From an uncultured Candidatus Izemoplasmatales bacterium (GTDB taxonomy: Bacteria > Bacillota_I > Bacilli_A > Izemoplasmatales > Hujiaoplasmataceae), in assembly GCA_964501315.1 (NCBI GenBank), contig CAZCSO010000004.1:24179-88178 (forward strand): a DNA stretch of 64,000 nucleotides. Direction: 5' to 3'. The position numbers were made by a program, and so were the translations under genes. Below the pieces are notes generated by a model. That model was given only the letters and a program-made list of their open reading frames with translations, was not told the DNA's origin and did no database searches. How positions within the stretch are numbered: position 1 is the first letter of the stretch; the number at the start of each line of letters is the position of its first letter. Shown one piece after another: positions 1 to 9,544 of this stretch.

Positions 1-1
1 C

Positions 2-274
2 CCTTGTAATCAATTCATGAAACAAGCACCCGAATCCATTGATGAATACGTAGGCATTTGTCAAATGAAGTATCGCGTTTCTTTTAAAATTTTTAACAAA
101 ATTAACGTCAACGGCAAAAACGCGGATCCCTTGTACAACTACCTGACTCAAGGAACAAAAATCCGATGGAATTTTACCAAGTTCTTAATCGACCGAGAAG
201 GTAACATCGTTAAACGATACGATTCCAAGGATACGCCATTAAGTTTCGAACAAGATATCGTAGCGTTACTCTAA
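2..274 (+). CDS. glutathione peroxidase, C-terminal part (5' end outside the window)
   Basis: The window opens in frame with PCNQF. INVNGKNADPLYNYL and RWNFTKFLIDREGNIVKRY follow, both conserved GPx blocks. TAA at 272-274 is followed by a hairpin. Confidence 0.85.
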   Translation, partial: PCNQFMKQAPESIDEYVGICQMKYRVSFKIFNKINVNGKNADPLYNYLTQGTKIRWNFTKFLIDREGNIVKRYDSKDTPLSFEQDIVALL

Positions 275-275
275 C

Positions 276-305
276 TAAAAAACCGACGAAATTCGTCGGT
301 TTTAT
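276..305. terminator. bidirectional rho-independent terminator between convergent genes
   Basis: A-run, stem CCGACG/CGTCGG (283-299), then T-run. It lies between the stop codons at 274 and 306. Confidence 0.75.
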
Positions 306-1169
306 TTATCGTATGTCTTCAACAATCGCATCTAAAGGTTTTTCTAATAGATGCGGATTTTCGATAATCCGTTTAAATTCGCGGAGCGAATTGGCGTTGT
401 AGAGTCCGTCGCAAATACGTTCGTCAATGATGGCTCCAACCTTCATTATTTTCGCAACACCAAACGTGTTTGTTTCTGCGTCTAGAACGACTGGTTCATA
501 GGATTCTTTTCCCATGCCTAAGAATAAAGATGTCGTACCAAAGTTGTAGATGTGATGAACAACGTAACTCATTTTGATTGACTTCATATTCGTAATAAAT
601 ACGGATGTATGAAACGGACTTACGTTAAGAATGCTTTTGGGTAATAAACCGTGTTTATCAAGAAACTTAAGAAAGCCCACTGCCATTTTTATTAAGAAAT
701 TAGGTACCATGGTTAATATTTTGGCGGTTTTATCCGTTCCATTCACGACGGCACCTTTGGCGTTTGTCAAGACTTCATTTTCAATCATATCACGAATTTG
801 TGAGACCGTTTCGGTGCCTTTAAAGGTCAATTTAATCGTCGTTTCATCCGCTGCATCGGTCAATGATTTTTTAACGGCTAACGATAGTTGAATTGAATTA
901 CGTTTAAAGATACGTCCATTCATGATGAATCGGTTTAATTTGGGTCTCAAAGCCAACACACGCACGATTGCTGCGATGACTAAATGCATATAACTGTATC
1001 GATCGTTTTCTTTTCGTTTTTCAAAGATGAAACGATCAAGATGTTCGCAGTTGACATCCAAGACAGTCCAGACCTGAGCATCGGATCTTTCTGGCATGAT
1101 ATGTGGTACTAAACGCATTACTGGATCAATGGTTTTAATTCGTTTTCCGTCACTTCTTAGTCCAAACAT
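306..1169 (-). CDS. stand-alone 2-oxoacid dehydrogenase E2-type acyltransferase catalytic-domain protein (CAT-like fold)
   Basis: 287 aa. The C-terminal block AIIDERICDGLYNANSLREF resembles the E2 DHRxxDG active-site block. There is no lipoyl or subunit-binding domain. Confidence 0.55.
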   Translation of the reverse strand: MFGLRSDGKRIKTIDPVMRLVPHIMPERSDAQVWTVLDVNCEHLDRFIFEKRKENDRYSYMHLVIAAIVRVLALRPKLNRFIMNGRIFKRNSIQLSLAVKKSLTDAADETTIKLTFKGTETVSQIRDMIENEVLTNAKGAVVNGTDKTAKILTMVPNFLIKMAVGFLKFLDKHGLLPKSILNVSPFHTSVFITNMKSIKMSYVVHHIYNFGTTSLFLGMGKESYEPVVLDAETNTFGVAKIMKVGAIIDERICDGLYNANSLREFKRIIENPHLLEKPLDAIVEDIR

Positions 1170-1264
1170 ATAGAACCCCCCATGAGTTTGCTGTTAATGA
1201 TTTTACCACAACGTCAAGCATTTATCAAGATTAATGAGACTTTTGTGAGTTCAGCGAAATTTTG

Positions 1265-1293
1265 TTGAGTGAATACTCATTATTTGGTATAAT
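1265..1293 (+). promoter_or_regulatory. sigma-A type promoter for the 1318 gene
   Basis: TTGAGT (1265-1270), 17-nt spacer, TATAAT (1288-1293), followed by RBS AAAGGTG. Confidence 0.5.
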
Positions 1294-1317
1294 GTAACCA
1301 AATCGAAAGGTGCAACT

Positions 1318-2016
1318 ATGACTATGAAAAAACTATCGTATATTGTTATTCCGTTTTTATTTGTGGCGTTCATGCAATCCCTTACGTACTGGGGAAATCA
1401 ATGGTACGCCGAAGCAATGGGAATCGTTGGTGTAGACTACAGTTTTATATTAAAAGGGTTTAATGACAGTGTTCCGTTTCTCGCATGGACTGTATACCCT
1501 TATACTATTGCCTTTCCTTTTTGGGTATTATCGTTCTTTTATATTGGCTATCGGAACAAGCACAACATGTATATTATCTTGTCTAGCATATTTGTGGCGT
1601 TCACGCTATCTGGGCTGTTCTACTTTTTCTTTCAGTCAGATGTTCAGGCTTGGCGAGAAACGTCTGGTTTATTCAACCAAACGGACTTATCGTTTACAGA
1701 GCGTTATGTCATGACCATCTATCAGGCGGCCGGCCCTCGAAATGCCTTACCCTCTTACCATGTGCTGATGAGTTGGTTTTGTATCTTAGGCGCACGTTTA
1801 GATAAATCGATGCCTAAATTGGGGAAAATTGTTATTTGGACATTGGCTATCGCAATTTGTATTTCCACACAGACTCTCAAACAACATTACATTATCGATC
1901 TGATTGCTGCTATCGCATTGGCAGAAGGTTTATTCTGGTTGATAAAGAATACAAAACTTGTGAATTGGTTTGAACGGACCTTCACGAAAATCAATCAAAA
2001 ACTTCATCTTGAATAA
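1318..2016 (+). CDS. PAP2-superfamily integral membrane phosphatase/transferase
   Basis: Multiple hydrophobic helices. PSYHVLMSW (SxH motif) and QHYIIDLIAA (HxxxD motif) occur in PAP2 order. Confidence 0.55.
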   Translation: MTMKKLSYIVIPFLFVAFMQSLTYWGNQWYAEAMGIVGVDYSFILKGFNDSVPFLAWTVYPYTIAFPFWVLSFFYIGYRNKHNMYIILSSIFVAFTLSGLFYFFFQSDVQAWRETSGLFNQTDLSFTERYVMTIYQAAGPRNALPSYHVLMSWFCILGARLDKSMPKLGKIVIWTLAIAICISTQTLKQHYIIDLIAAIALAEGLFWLIKNTKLVNWFERTFTKINQKLHLE

Positions 2017-2041
2017 AAAAAAGAGCTTCGGCTCTTTTTTT
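2015..2041. terminator. bidirectional rho-independent terminator
   Basis: A-run, stem AGAGC / loop TTCG / GCTCT, then T-run. It lies between convergent stop codons. Confidence 0.8.
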
Positions 2042-3464
2042 ATTGCATCGGTATTTGGATGATTCGCATGGTGTTGGTGCTTCCGTGTTTTTGGCCCCAT
2101 CCAGAAGAAATAATGATGGAGTCGCCGGGTTTAAACCCAAAATCCAAAGCGACTTCGATAGCGACATGGTCAGAGATGGTCAAATCGTTGAAATTGGATC
2201 GTAAGGTCGCAAAAACACCACAGTAATAGGATAACTTTCGACACGTTTCAACCGAATCGGTCACGGCAATAATCGGGACGCTTGGTCTAAATTTGCACAT
2301 CCGTTTGGCGGTCCCACCCGTTTCAGTAAAAGCGATAATCACTTTTGCATCAGGAAGGGTGAGTGCTGTTTGCGATACGGCAATACCAATCGCATCGTTA
2401 ATGGTCTTTTGTGACGTTGCAATCGACTTGCGAAGACGATCTTCATATGGGACGATGTCTTCAATAGCCTTAGCGATGGTATCCATCGTCAAGACGGCTT
2501 CTATCGGGTATTCCCCAGCTGCGGTTTCACCGGAAAGCATGATGGCGTCGCTTCCATCTAAAATGGCATTGGCAACATCGTTGGCCTCGGCTCGAGTTGG
2601 ACGCGGATTCACCATCATCGATTCTAACATATGGGTGGCCGTAATAACCGGTTTACCCACTTCATTGGCACGTTGAATAATCTTTTTTTGATAGATCGGG
2701 ACTAATTCCGTTGAAACCTCGACACCTAAATCACCACGGGCAACCATGATGCCATCGGCTACCGCTAAGATTTCATCAAGATTATCGACACCTTCTTGAT
2801 TTTCAATCTTTGCGATTAATTCAATCGATTCTTTTCCAATCGATTTGAGGATATCACGAACATCATTGACATCTTTAGCGCGTCTAACGAATGATAAAGC
2901 AAACATATCAACGTTGTTATTGGCCGCAAAGATGATATCGTTCCGATCTTTTTCAGAAATGAAAGGCATAGAAAGTTTGACATTGGGCACATTGACGCCT
3001 TTTTTACTTTTGATGACACCGTTATTTTGTACGACCGCATCAAACTCGCCGGAGCGAATCGCTTCAACATTAAGTCGCATTTTCCCATCGTCAATCAATA
3101 AATAATCGCCGACAGCGATGTCGTTAAACAACTGCGGACAAGAAATATGAAACCGTTCATGGGTTCCTAAAATAACCTCACGTACAATGGTCACACGGTC
3201 CCCTTTTTTAAAAGCGACTTGGTTATCCACAAACATGCCGGTTCTAATTTCAGGACCTTTGGTGTCGGCTAAAATACCGATATGACGATGTCGATTTTCG
3301 GCCGTCGACCGAATTAATTGAATGCGATTGAAATGCTCCTCTTCGGTCCCATGTGAAAAATTGAGCCGAGCCACATTCATTCCTGCATCAATCAATTTTT
3401 CCATCATCGGAGCTGAATCCGTTGCTGGTCCAATGGTACAAATAATCTTTGTTTTTCGCTTCAT
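2040..3464 (-). CDS. pyk: pyruvate kinase
   Basis: MKRKTKIICTIGPA.., NVARLNFSHG, MVARGDLGVE. I chose the start at ATG 3464 because GGAGGAG lies 5 nt upstream. The ORF-track start at 3482 is an upstream extension. Confidence 0.95.
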   Translation of the reverse strand: MKRKTKIICTIGPATDSAPMMEKLIDAGMNVARLNFSHGTEEEHFNRIQLIRSTAENRHRHIGILADTKGPEIRTGMFVDNQVAFKKGDRVTIVREVILGTHERFHISCPQLFNDIAVGDYLLIDDGKMRLNVEAIRSGEFDAVVQNNGVIKSKKGVNVPNVKLSMPFISEKDRNDIIFAANNNVDMFALSFVRRAKDVNDVRDILKSIGKESIELIAKIENQEGVDNLDEILAVADGIMVARGDLGVEVSTELVPIYQKKIIQRANEVGKPVITATHMLESMMVNPRPTRAEANDVANAILDGSDAIMLSGETAAGEYPIEAVLTMDTIAKAIEDIVPYEDRLRKSIATSQKTINDAIGIAVSQTALTLPDAKVIIAFTETGGTAKRMCKFRPSVPIIAVTDSVETCRKLSYYCGVFATLRSNFNDLTISDHVAIEVALDFGFKPGDSIIISSGWGQKHGSTNTMRIIQIPMQ

Positions 3465-3536
3465 CGTATCTCCTCCAACCATTTCTAGTTTAATTATACT
3501 ATAAAATCGGTAAAAAAAGGGAGTTTAAATCCGTTT

Positions 3537-5357
3537 TTAGGCTTCTTTTGATTTTCGACTGTCGAACTTTTTACGTTGTTCGGTATTTAATATTTGTTTC
3601 CGAATACGAACCGATTTGGGTGTAACTTCGATGAGTTCATCGTCATTGATGTAATCCAAACACATCTCAAGGGACATCTTTCTCGGACGTTTTAATACGA
3701 CCGTCGAATCCTTGGTGGACGAACGCGTATTGGTTTGTTGCTTTTCTCTGACGACATTGACAGCCAAATCGTTGTCGCGATTGCATTCGCCGACAACCAT
3801 TCCTTCATATACCTTCGTTCTTGGGTCGATAAACATGATGCCACGATCTTCCATCGCTCCTAAAGAATACGCGGTTGCGAATCCGTCTTCAACCGCAACC
3901 AAAACGCCTAGAGCGCGTTTTCCAACGTTCATCACTTCCATCGGACGATACTCAGAGAACGTATGATTGATGATTCCATATCCCTTCGTCGATGTTAAAA
4001 AGTCTGTCATAAAACCAATTAATCCTCGAGAAGGCATTTGATAAAGAAGTCGAGATTGATTTTCATGATGACTCATTGATTCCAAAATACCATGTCGATT
4101 CCCGATCAATTCAATAACTGATCCTAAGGTATCTATGGGGCAATCGATTTGCACGGATTCAAACGGTTCGCACAAAACGCCGTCTTTTTCTCGAAGGATA
4201 ACTTTTGCCTGAGAGACTTGAAATTCGTAGCCTTCACGGCGCATATTTTCAATCAATATTCCTAGATGCAATTCGCCTCGACCCGAAACAATCCATTGCT
4301 CTCCTTGAGATGAACGTTCAACTTTAAGAGCTAAATCACGTTGCGTCTCGCGAAATAATCGCTCTTCTATTTTGGACGAGGTAACCCATTTGCCTTCTTG
4401 ACCGGCAAAGGGTGAAGTGTTAGTGCCAAATGTCATTTGAACCGTCGGTTCACCAATATGAATGGTTGGAAGTGGATAGAGTTCATTTTGGTGGCAAATG
4501 GTTTCACCCACATAAATATCTGCTAGACCCGATATGGCAACGATATCGCCTGCAGACGCTGATTCGATTTCAATGCGATCAAGTCCCAAAAAACCGTAAA
4601 GTTTTTGAATTCGGAAATCTTTGACAGAGCCATCGAGACGAATACACGATACCATTTCATTCATCTTTATGGTTCCGGAATGAATGCGTCCAATGCCCAT
4701 TCTTCCCACATAATCATTGTAATCAAGCAACGTAGGTTGAAACTGAAGAGGGCCATCGGGATTCGTTACTGGTTCAGGAATAAACTCAATAATTTTGTCG
4801 AGTAACGGAATCATTGTGTCAGTTGGTTGTAGCGTCGGGTCCAGCGAGGATTGGCCGTTAATTGCGGATGCATAAATAACGGGGAACTCTAATTGATGAT
4901 CGTCCGCTCCAAGTTCAATAAATAACTCCAGAACTTCGTCGACCACTTCAATCGGGCGAGCGGCGAATCGGTCAACTTTATTAATGACGACCAATGGCTT
5001 AACTTTCGCTTCCAACGCTTTCTTCAAAACGAACCGAGTTTGTGGCATGGTGCCTTCAAAGGCGTCAACGACTAAAATAACACCATCAACCATGCTCATG
5101 ATGCGTTCAACTTCGCCACCAAAATCAGCGTGACCGGGTGTATCGAGTATATTTATTTTAATACCCTTATAGAGAATTGCGGTGTTTTTAGCTAAAATCG
5201 TAATTCCCCGCTCGCGCTCGATGGCATTTGAGTCCATCGCTCTTTCCGCGATTTCTTGATGGGTTTTTAAGGTATCGGATTGTTTCAATAACGTATCGAC
5301 TAACGTCGTTTTTCCATGATCGACGTGAGCGATGATTGCAATGTTTCTAATGGACAT
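3537..5357 (-). CDS. typA: translational GTPase TypA/BipA
   Basis: IRNIAIIAHVDHGKTTLVD, DTPGHADFGGEVER, NKVDR. 606 aa with EF-G-like architecture. Confidence 0.95.
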   Translation of the reverse strand: MSIRNIAIIAHVDHGKTTLVDTLLKQSDTLKTHQEIAERAMDSNAIERERGITILAKNTAILYKGIKINILDTPGHADFGGEVERIMSMVDGVILVVDAFEGTMPQTRFVLKKALEAKVKPLVVINKVDRFAARPIEVVDEVLELFIELGADDHQLEFPVIYASAINGQSSLDPTLQPTDTMIPLLDKIIEFIPEPVTNPDGPLQFQPTLLDYNDYVGRMGIGRIHSGTIKMNEMVSCIRLDGSVKDFRIQKLYGFLGLDRIEIESASAGDIVAISGLADIYVGETICHQNELYPLPTIHIGEPTVQMTFGTNTSPFAGQEGKWVTSSKIEERLFRETQRDLALKVERSSQGEQWIVSGRGELHLGILIENMRREGYEFQVSQAKVILREKDGVLCEPFESVQIDCPIDTLGSVIELIGNRHGILESMSHHENQSRLLYQMPSRGLIGFMTDFLTSTKGYGIINHTFSEYRPMEVMNVGKRALGVLVAVEDGFATAYSLGAMEDRGIMFIDPRTKVYEGMVVGECNRDNDLAVNVVREKQQTNTRSSTKDSTVVLKRPRKMSLEMCLDYINDDELIEVTPKSVRIRKQILNTEQRKKFDSRKSKEA

Positions 5358-5370
5358 AAAGAGCCTACTT

Positions 5371-6243
5371 TCAAATGAGTTTTTTCATATCGTCCGGTAT
5401 TGGTACGATGATGGTGTGTTTTTGTTGAGTCAAAGGATTGATCCATTCGATTTGTTCTGAATGGAGGGCAGTACGAGCAATCAAATTCATGGGACCTCCA
5501 TAGGTTTTATCGCCTAATAATGGGTGCCCTGTATGCGAGCAATGAACACGAATTTGGTGCGTTTTACCGGTTTCAAGGGTTAATCTAAGGAGCGCATAAT
5601 CGTCATAATTCTTGATGACCTGATAGTGCGTTATTGCTAGGTCCCCGGATGAATTCACACGGTATTTATTTTGTTCGTGACGATCGCGTCCGATGGGATA
5701 TGACCAGACGCCTGATTCGGTTTTAAACCGGCCGAAAACCAACGCTAGATACGATCGTTTGACATGATCGTGATCCCAATGGTTGGCCATATAGGCATGA
5801 ATAAAATAATGTTTCGCTATCATTAGCGCACCCGTAGTATCGCGATCAAGACGATGGCAATAACGGATTTGGCGGTTAATATTATTATCAAGATAATACC
5901 GACTGATTCGATTAACCAAGGTATTGTTGAGTTGTTTGTCATCGGGATGGATAATCAACCCTGACGGTTTATTTACAATGAGATAATCTCGATCCTCGTA
6001 GACCACATCGATGGATTGATCGTCTGGTAGAAAATCCCGTTCTTCGATGGTAGAAATATTAATGATTAGTTCATCATTTTCCAATAACAGCGTATCAAAT
6101 AATGCTTGATTGCCATTAATCGACACAGCATGTTCCATTCGAAGCATGTGAAGAACCGATTTGGATGTCGAAAAATATTTCAAGAACTCATTAAGCGTTA
6201 GTCCTTGATATTGTTTGTGTATTAAAATGGATAATTCGTCCAC
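5371..6243 (-). CDS. RluA-family 23S rRNA pseudouridine synthase (RluD-like)
   Basis: HRLDRDTTGALMIAK catalytic Asp block and GKTHQIRVH block. Confidence 0.9.
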   Translation of the reverse strand: MDELSILIHKQYQGLTLNEFLKYFSTSKSVLHMLRMEHAVSINGNQALFDTLLLENDELIINISTIEERDFLPDDQSIDVVYEDRDYLIVNKPSGLIIHPDDKQLNNTLVNRISRYYLDNNINRQIRYCHRLDRDTTGALMIAKHYFIHAYMANHWDHDHVKRSYLALVFGRFKTESGVWSYPIGRDRHEQNKYRVNSSGDLAITHYQVIKNYDDYALLRLTLETGKTHQIRVHCSHTGHPLLGDKTYGGPMNLIARTALHSEQIEWINPLTQQKHTIIVPIPDDMKKLI

Positions 6244-6257
6244 GATATCACCGCTTT

Positions 6258-6296
6258 AAAAAATGATGTTTAACGTCCTCGTCAAACATCATTTTG
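6258..6296. terminator. rho-independent terminator after the HIT gene
   Basis: Perfect 12-bp stem AAAATGATGTTT / AAACATCATTTT with a 12-nt loop. T-runs flank it on both strands. Confidence 0.75.
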
Positions 6297-6300
6297 CTTT

Positions 6301-6672
6301 TTAATAGTGTTGTTTGGAAGGTATGACGCCACGAACGCCACCTTTTGGATTCGTTACATCGCCGTTGTAACGAGGAATTAAATGAACATGCAAATGGAAA
6401 ATGGTTTGTCCGCTAGCCTGCCCGTTGTTAATCCCAATATTGTATCCATCGGGATGATACTGCTGATCAATCCGTGATTTCATAACCATTAACGCATCGT
6501 CAATCATCTTTTTTTCTTCAAGCGTTGCATCAAAATACGTGGATATGTGTCGCTTGGGTACAATAAGACAATGACCTTTTGATACCGGAAACCCATCTTC
6601 AAAAACGACGCACAATTCATTTTCATAGACAATCGCATTTTGATCGATAAGGTTCGTACAAAATAAACACAT
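6301..6672 (-). CDS. HIT-family nucleotide hydrolase
   Basis: Histidine triad HLHVHLIP. N-terminal CLFC zinc motif. Confidence 0.9.
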   Translation of the reverse strand: MCLFCTNLIDQNAIVYENELCVVFEDGFPVSKGHCLIVPKRHISTYFDATLEEKKMIDDALMVMKSRIDQQYHPDGYNIGINNGQASGQTIFHLHVHLIPRYNGDVTNPKGGVRGVIPSKQHY

Positions 6673-6673
6673 A

Positions 6674-6973
6674 CTATCGCCGTTTAAACAAAACAGTCAA
6701 ACCAATACCAACCAAGACAATTGGCAACAAATACCCTTTTAAATTAATGCCTTGTTCGTCCAGTAAAAAGAAAGCACCGATGAATAACATTGCTACGTTA
6801 CCCGTCTGAATACCGTTCTTATACATTAAATAAATGGCTGGAATAATTAAGAAAAGCGTCCACCAACCATCAAAAAAGATGTTGATTGTTAGCAGATTTA
6901 AGCGGTCGAGGAGTATCAAAACGCCCAACCCAATTAATATAAATCCAAAAAACCGACCTTGATCATTTTTCAT
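6674..6973 (-). CDS. small polytopic membrane protein (LiaF/LiaI-like N-terminal type)
   Basis: 99 aa with 3-4 hydrophobic helices. It abuts the HIT gene with a 1-nt gap. Confidence 0.5.
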   Translation of the reverse strand: MKNDQGRFFGFILIGLGVLILLDRLNLLTINIFFDGWWTLFLIIPAIYLMYKNGIQTGNVAMLFIGAFFLLDEQGINLKGYLLPIVLVGIGLTVLFKRR

Positions 6974-7085
6974 ATTATCAACTCCATGTCACCATTTTAT
7001 TAAAGTCGAGGGGTTTTGTCAATCAATTATCCTCACCAACAGGGGCTTGAAACCGTTCTGGAAACACTTTCATGAAATATTACCG

Positions 7086-9275
7086 TTACCGTTGTTTTTC
7101 CCAAGTAACTTTGGCACCATTATTTTTGACTATGACGTTAGCAATCTTACCTTGATGGATGCATTTGAATCGAATTTCATTGATGGCTTTAGGCAAGCGT
7201 GATTCCGCTTTGATATAATAACCTTCCCGTTTCAATCCTGCAAAACCATAGATGAGAGCCATATAGGCCCCACCATTTGCACCGGGATGAGTTCCACCGA
7301 CATAAATACTGCCATTATAGTTTTTTTCTTTTCCTGTGATGTCGACGGTTGCACTTCGCATAAAATATTCGTAAGCTTCTTCGATTTTCCCAATCTCACA
7401 ACCGACTATGGCATGAAAGGCATCCGAAAGCGATGAGCCTTTTTCTACTTTGGGTTCATAATAGTTCCAGTTTGCGAACTTAATGAGTTGGCTAAAAGCA
7501 AATGGATGGAGTGCAAACAAGGCAATGACATCGGCTTTTTTTATAATTTTTGTGGGTGTTGCTTTACCAAATTCACCGCCCAAATATTCCGAAGGATTAT
7601 CAATTCTTGCAACCATCATATCCAAGGATACTTCCTCTAATTGATGATAGCCGTCGAACTGTTCGATGATATTTTCCTCATTGGGAATTTGTTGGAATAA
7701 CTCGCGTTCAATCACATGCATTTTTGTAATTTCTTCGGTATATCCTCGAGCTGCGATTAACGAACGTACAAATTCAGAGTTGTAGTCCCGCATCATCTTA
7801 ATAAATTTATACATGATGGAAAATGTATTTTTTGCCATAAAATTGGTAAAGGCATTATTATTGACGCCCTCATGATATTCGTCAGGTCCAATTACATCGT
7901 TCAAATAAAACTTCTTTAAATCTGGACGCCATGTTGCATAGGAATGATAGAAGCGAGCACATTCAATAACCATTTCTAAACCGCCTTTTTCTAAGACGGT
8001 CAAATCGTTGGTGACATCAACGTATTGATTGATGGCATAGACAATATCGGCGCTAATGTGAATCGTTTTTTCGTTGAAATAGGTCCGAATAGGCGCTTTC
8101 GTCAATGCATCGGTAATGTTATAATCGGAGCAAGCTTCATCGCCGCTATCCTGGCTTTCCCATGCGTAGAACGCACCATTATAGCCATATTTTTGGGCTT
8201 TGCGTTTGGCTCCTTCGAGGGTATGCACTCGGTACATGATAATCCGACGAGCCGATTCCAAATCGGTATTCAAGAAGAAAGGAAGCATAAAGATATCGGT
8301 GTCCCAATTGATGGAACCTTTACAAGCTTGACCCGATAATCCACGTGTCGCAATGGAATGATAATCGGAAAAAGGTCGGACGCTGATTAAATGATAAATG
8401 GAATTTCGTATGGCTAATTGAGCTTCTTCATTACCTTTGATTTCGATGTCCGCTAATTTCCATTTCTCTTCCCAAAAAGCGGAGTTTTCTTGGTAGAGCG
8501 TGTCGTACGATTTTTTCATCGCATTTTTCACAGATGCAATCGATACGGCGACGCAATCCGATTTCGTATGTTGGACGGATGCAAATTTATAGAGCGTGTA
8601 TAACTTGCCAGGAATCGTTTGAAAACGAACCCAGTGCATGGGTTGATTGTTATAAAGAAGCGATTTGGTTTCATAACCAATGTCGTGCAAAATTCCTTCA
8701 GACACCGCGACAGAAAGATGTTGTTGGTTGGTCAACGCATCGGCTGTGAATATGCCAGCTGTATCCATGAAATGATAGCGTTCCAAATGAGGTCCATTTA
8801 GATCAAATATCGAGGTATCTATTCCGGTATAAAGTTCGATATCAATTGCTTCTGTGCACATGAATTGATACTTCATGCAGATGATGTCCTTGTCAATTTG
8901 AGAGGTAAAACGTTCGGACTGCATAATGATTTCAGCCCGATTGATTTGATACGTTGTTTTACGGTAATGAAGTCCTTTTGACATATCAAGCATTTGAACA
9001 TGCGAAGAGGGTTGAACGTGCGCCGGATGAAGCATTCGATTGTTAACCACTAAGAATGTATAAAGAGGATTGTACACATTCACACTTTCTCGCCATGGAT
9101 CAAGTTGCCGAGGAGGTTGATTATAAACGCCGGATAAATTTAATCCGACCATTTCATCTTTTGTATATTCTTCTAACGTTCCACGGTAGCCCATGTACCC
9201 GTTGGCGATGATAAACTGATTGCCATTTTTTATCACATCAGCAGGTAAAAAAGAATGCGATTCTATTTTGAACAT
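7086..9275 (-). CDS. glycoside hydrolase family 65 disaccharide phosphorylase (maltose/kojibiose/trehalose phosphorylase type)
   Basis: About 730 aa. VIGPDEYHEGVNNNAFTN is the GH65 catalytic Glu region. The start is placed at ATG 9275, preceded by GGGAGGA. Confidence 0.85.
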   Translation of the reverse strand: MFKIESHSFLPADVIKNGNQFIIANGYMGYRGTLEEYTKDEMVGLNLSGVYNQPPRQLDPWRESVNVYNPLYTFLVVNNRMLHPAHVQPSSHVQMLDMSKGLHYRKTTYQINRAEIIMQSERFTSQIDKDIICMKYQFMCTEAIDIELYTGIDTSIFDLNGPHLERYHFMDTAGIFTADALTNQQHLSVAVSEGILHDIGYETKSLLYNNQPMHWVRFQTIPGKLYTLYKFASVQHTKSDCVAVSIASVKNAMKKSYDTLYQENSAFWEEKWKLADIEIKGNEEAQLAIRNSIYHLISVRPFSDYHSIATRGLSGQACKGSINWDTDIFMLPFFLNTDLESARRIIMYRVHTLEGAKRKAQKYGYNGAFYAWESQDSGDEACSDYNITDALTKAPIRTYFNEKTIHISADIVYAINQYVDVTNDLTVLEKGGLEMVIECARFYHSYATWRPDLKKFYLNDVIGPDEYHEGVNNNAFTNFMAKNTFSIMYKFIKMMRDYNSEFVRSLIAARGYTEEITKMHVIERELFQQIPNEENIIEQFDGYHQLEEVSLDMMVARIDNPSEYLGGEFGKATPTKIIKKADVIALFALHPFAFSQLIKFANWNYYEPKVEKGSSLSDAFHAIVGCEIGKIEEAYEYFMRSATVDITGKEKNYNGSIYVGGTHPGANGGAYMALIYGFAGLKREGYYIKAESRLPKAINEIRFKCIHQGKIANVIVKNNGAKVTWEKQR

Positions 9276-9480
9276 AGTATCCTCCCGAACAGATTGTTTC
9301 AAGATTAATCCAGAAATATTACTGAATAAAGCCGTCCACCTATCCCGAAAATGGATGGTGACATAACTTTCTCTTCTTTTCTATAATACGATATTTTTCA
9401 ATATTTGTCATTCTTTATTCGGACAATAATCATTGCGATTTCACAAAAAAATAAGAATAAATGAATATATCTCAACGAAC

Positions 9481-9508
9481 GAAAGAAAAAACAGCCTATA
9501 TAGGCTGC
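9481..9508 (-). terminator. rho-independent terminator of the GGDEF-EAL gene
   Basis: Palindrome CAGCCTATATAGGCTG (9492-9507) followed on the minus strand by TTTTTTCTTTC. Confidence 0.75.
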
Positions 9509-9544
9509 AAATTCTACGAACGATGGAAAGATTGTGTTACTCTA

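Noticed and set aside
631-891. 86-aa plus-strand ORF inside the E2-like gene. Similar antisense ORFs lie inside long minus-strand genes (for example 2293-2676, 2845-3105, 3712-3966, 8025-8339, 10664-10978, 14479-14733, 26227-26604, 57573-57869).
   Set aside because: Each lies entirely within, and antisense to, a gene with strong family motifs. None has an RBS or a recognisable motif, and the composition is low-complexity. These are typical shadow ORFs.
3465-3482. N-terminal extensions offered by the ORF track (pyk 3482, GH65 9302, holA 15174, yqeG 21676, alaS 32940, replicase 45356, xis-like 45570, ORFan A 49905, spx 52444, rimO 61577, ppa 56341, lipoprotein 38668, O-methyltransferase 29534).
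   Set aside because: In each case an internal ATG is preceded by a good Shine-Dalgarno sequence at 5-10 nt and coincides with the conserved family N-terminus. The upstream extensions lack an RBS, and some start on TTG or GTG.
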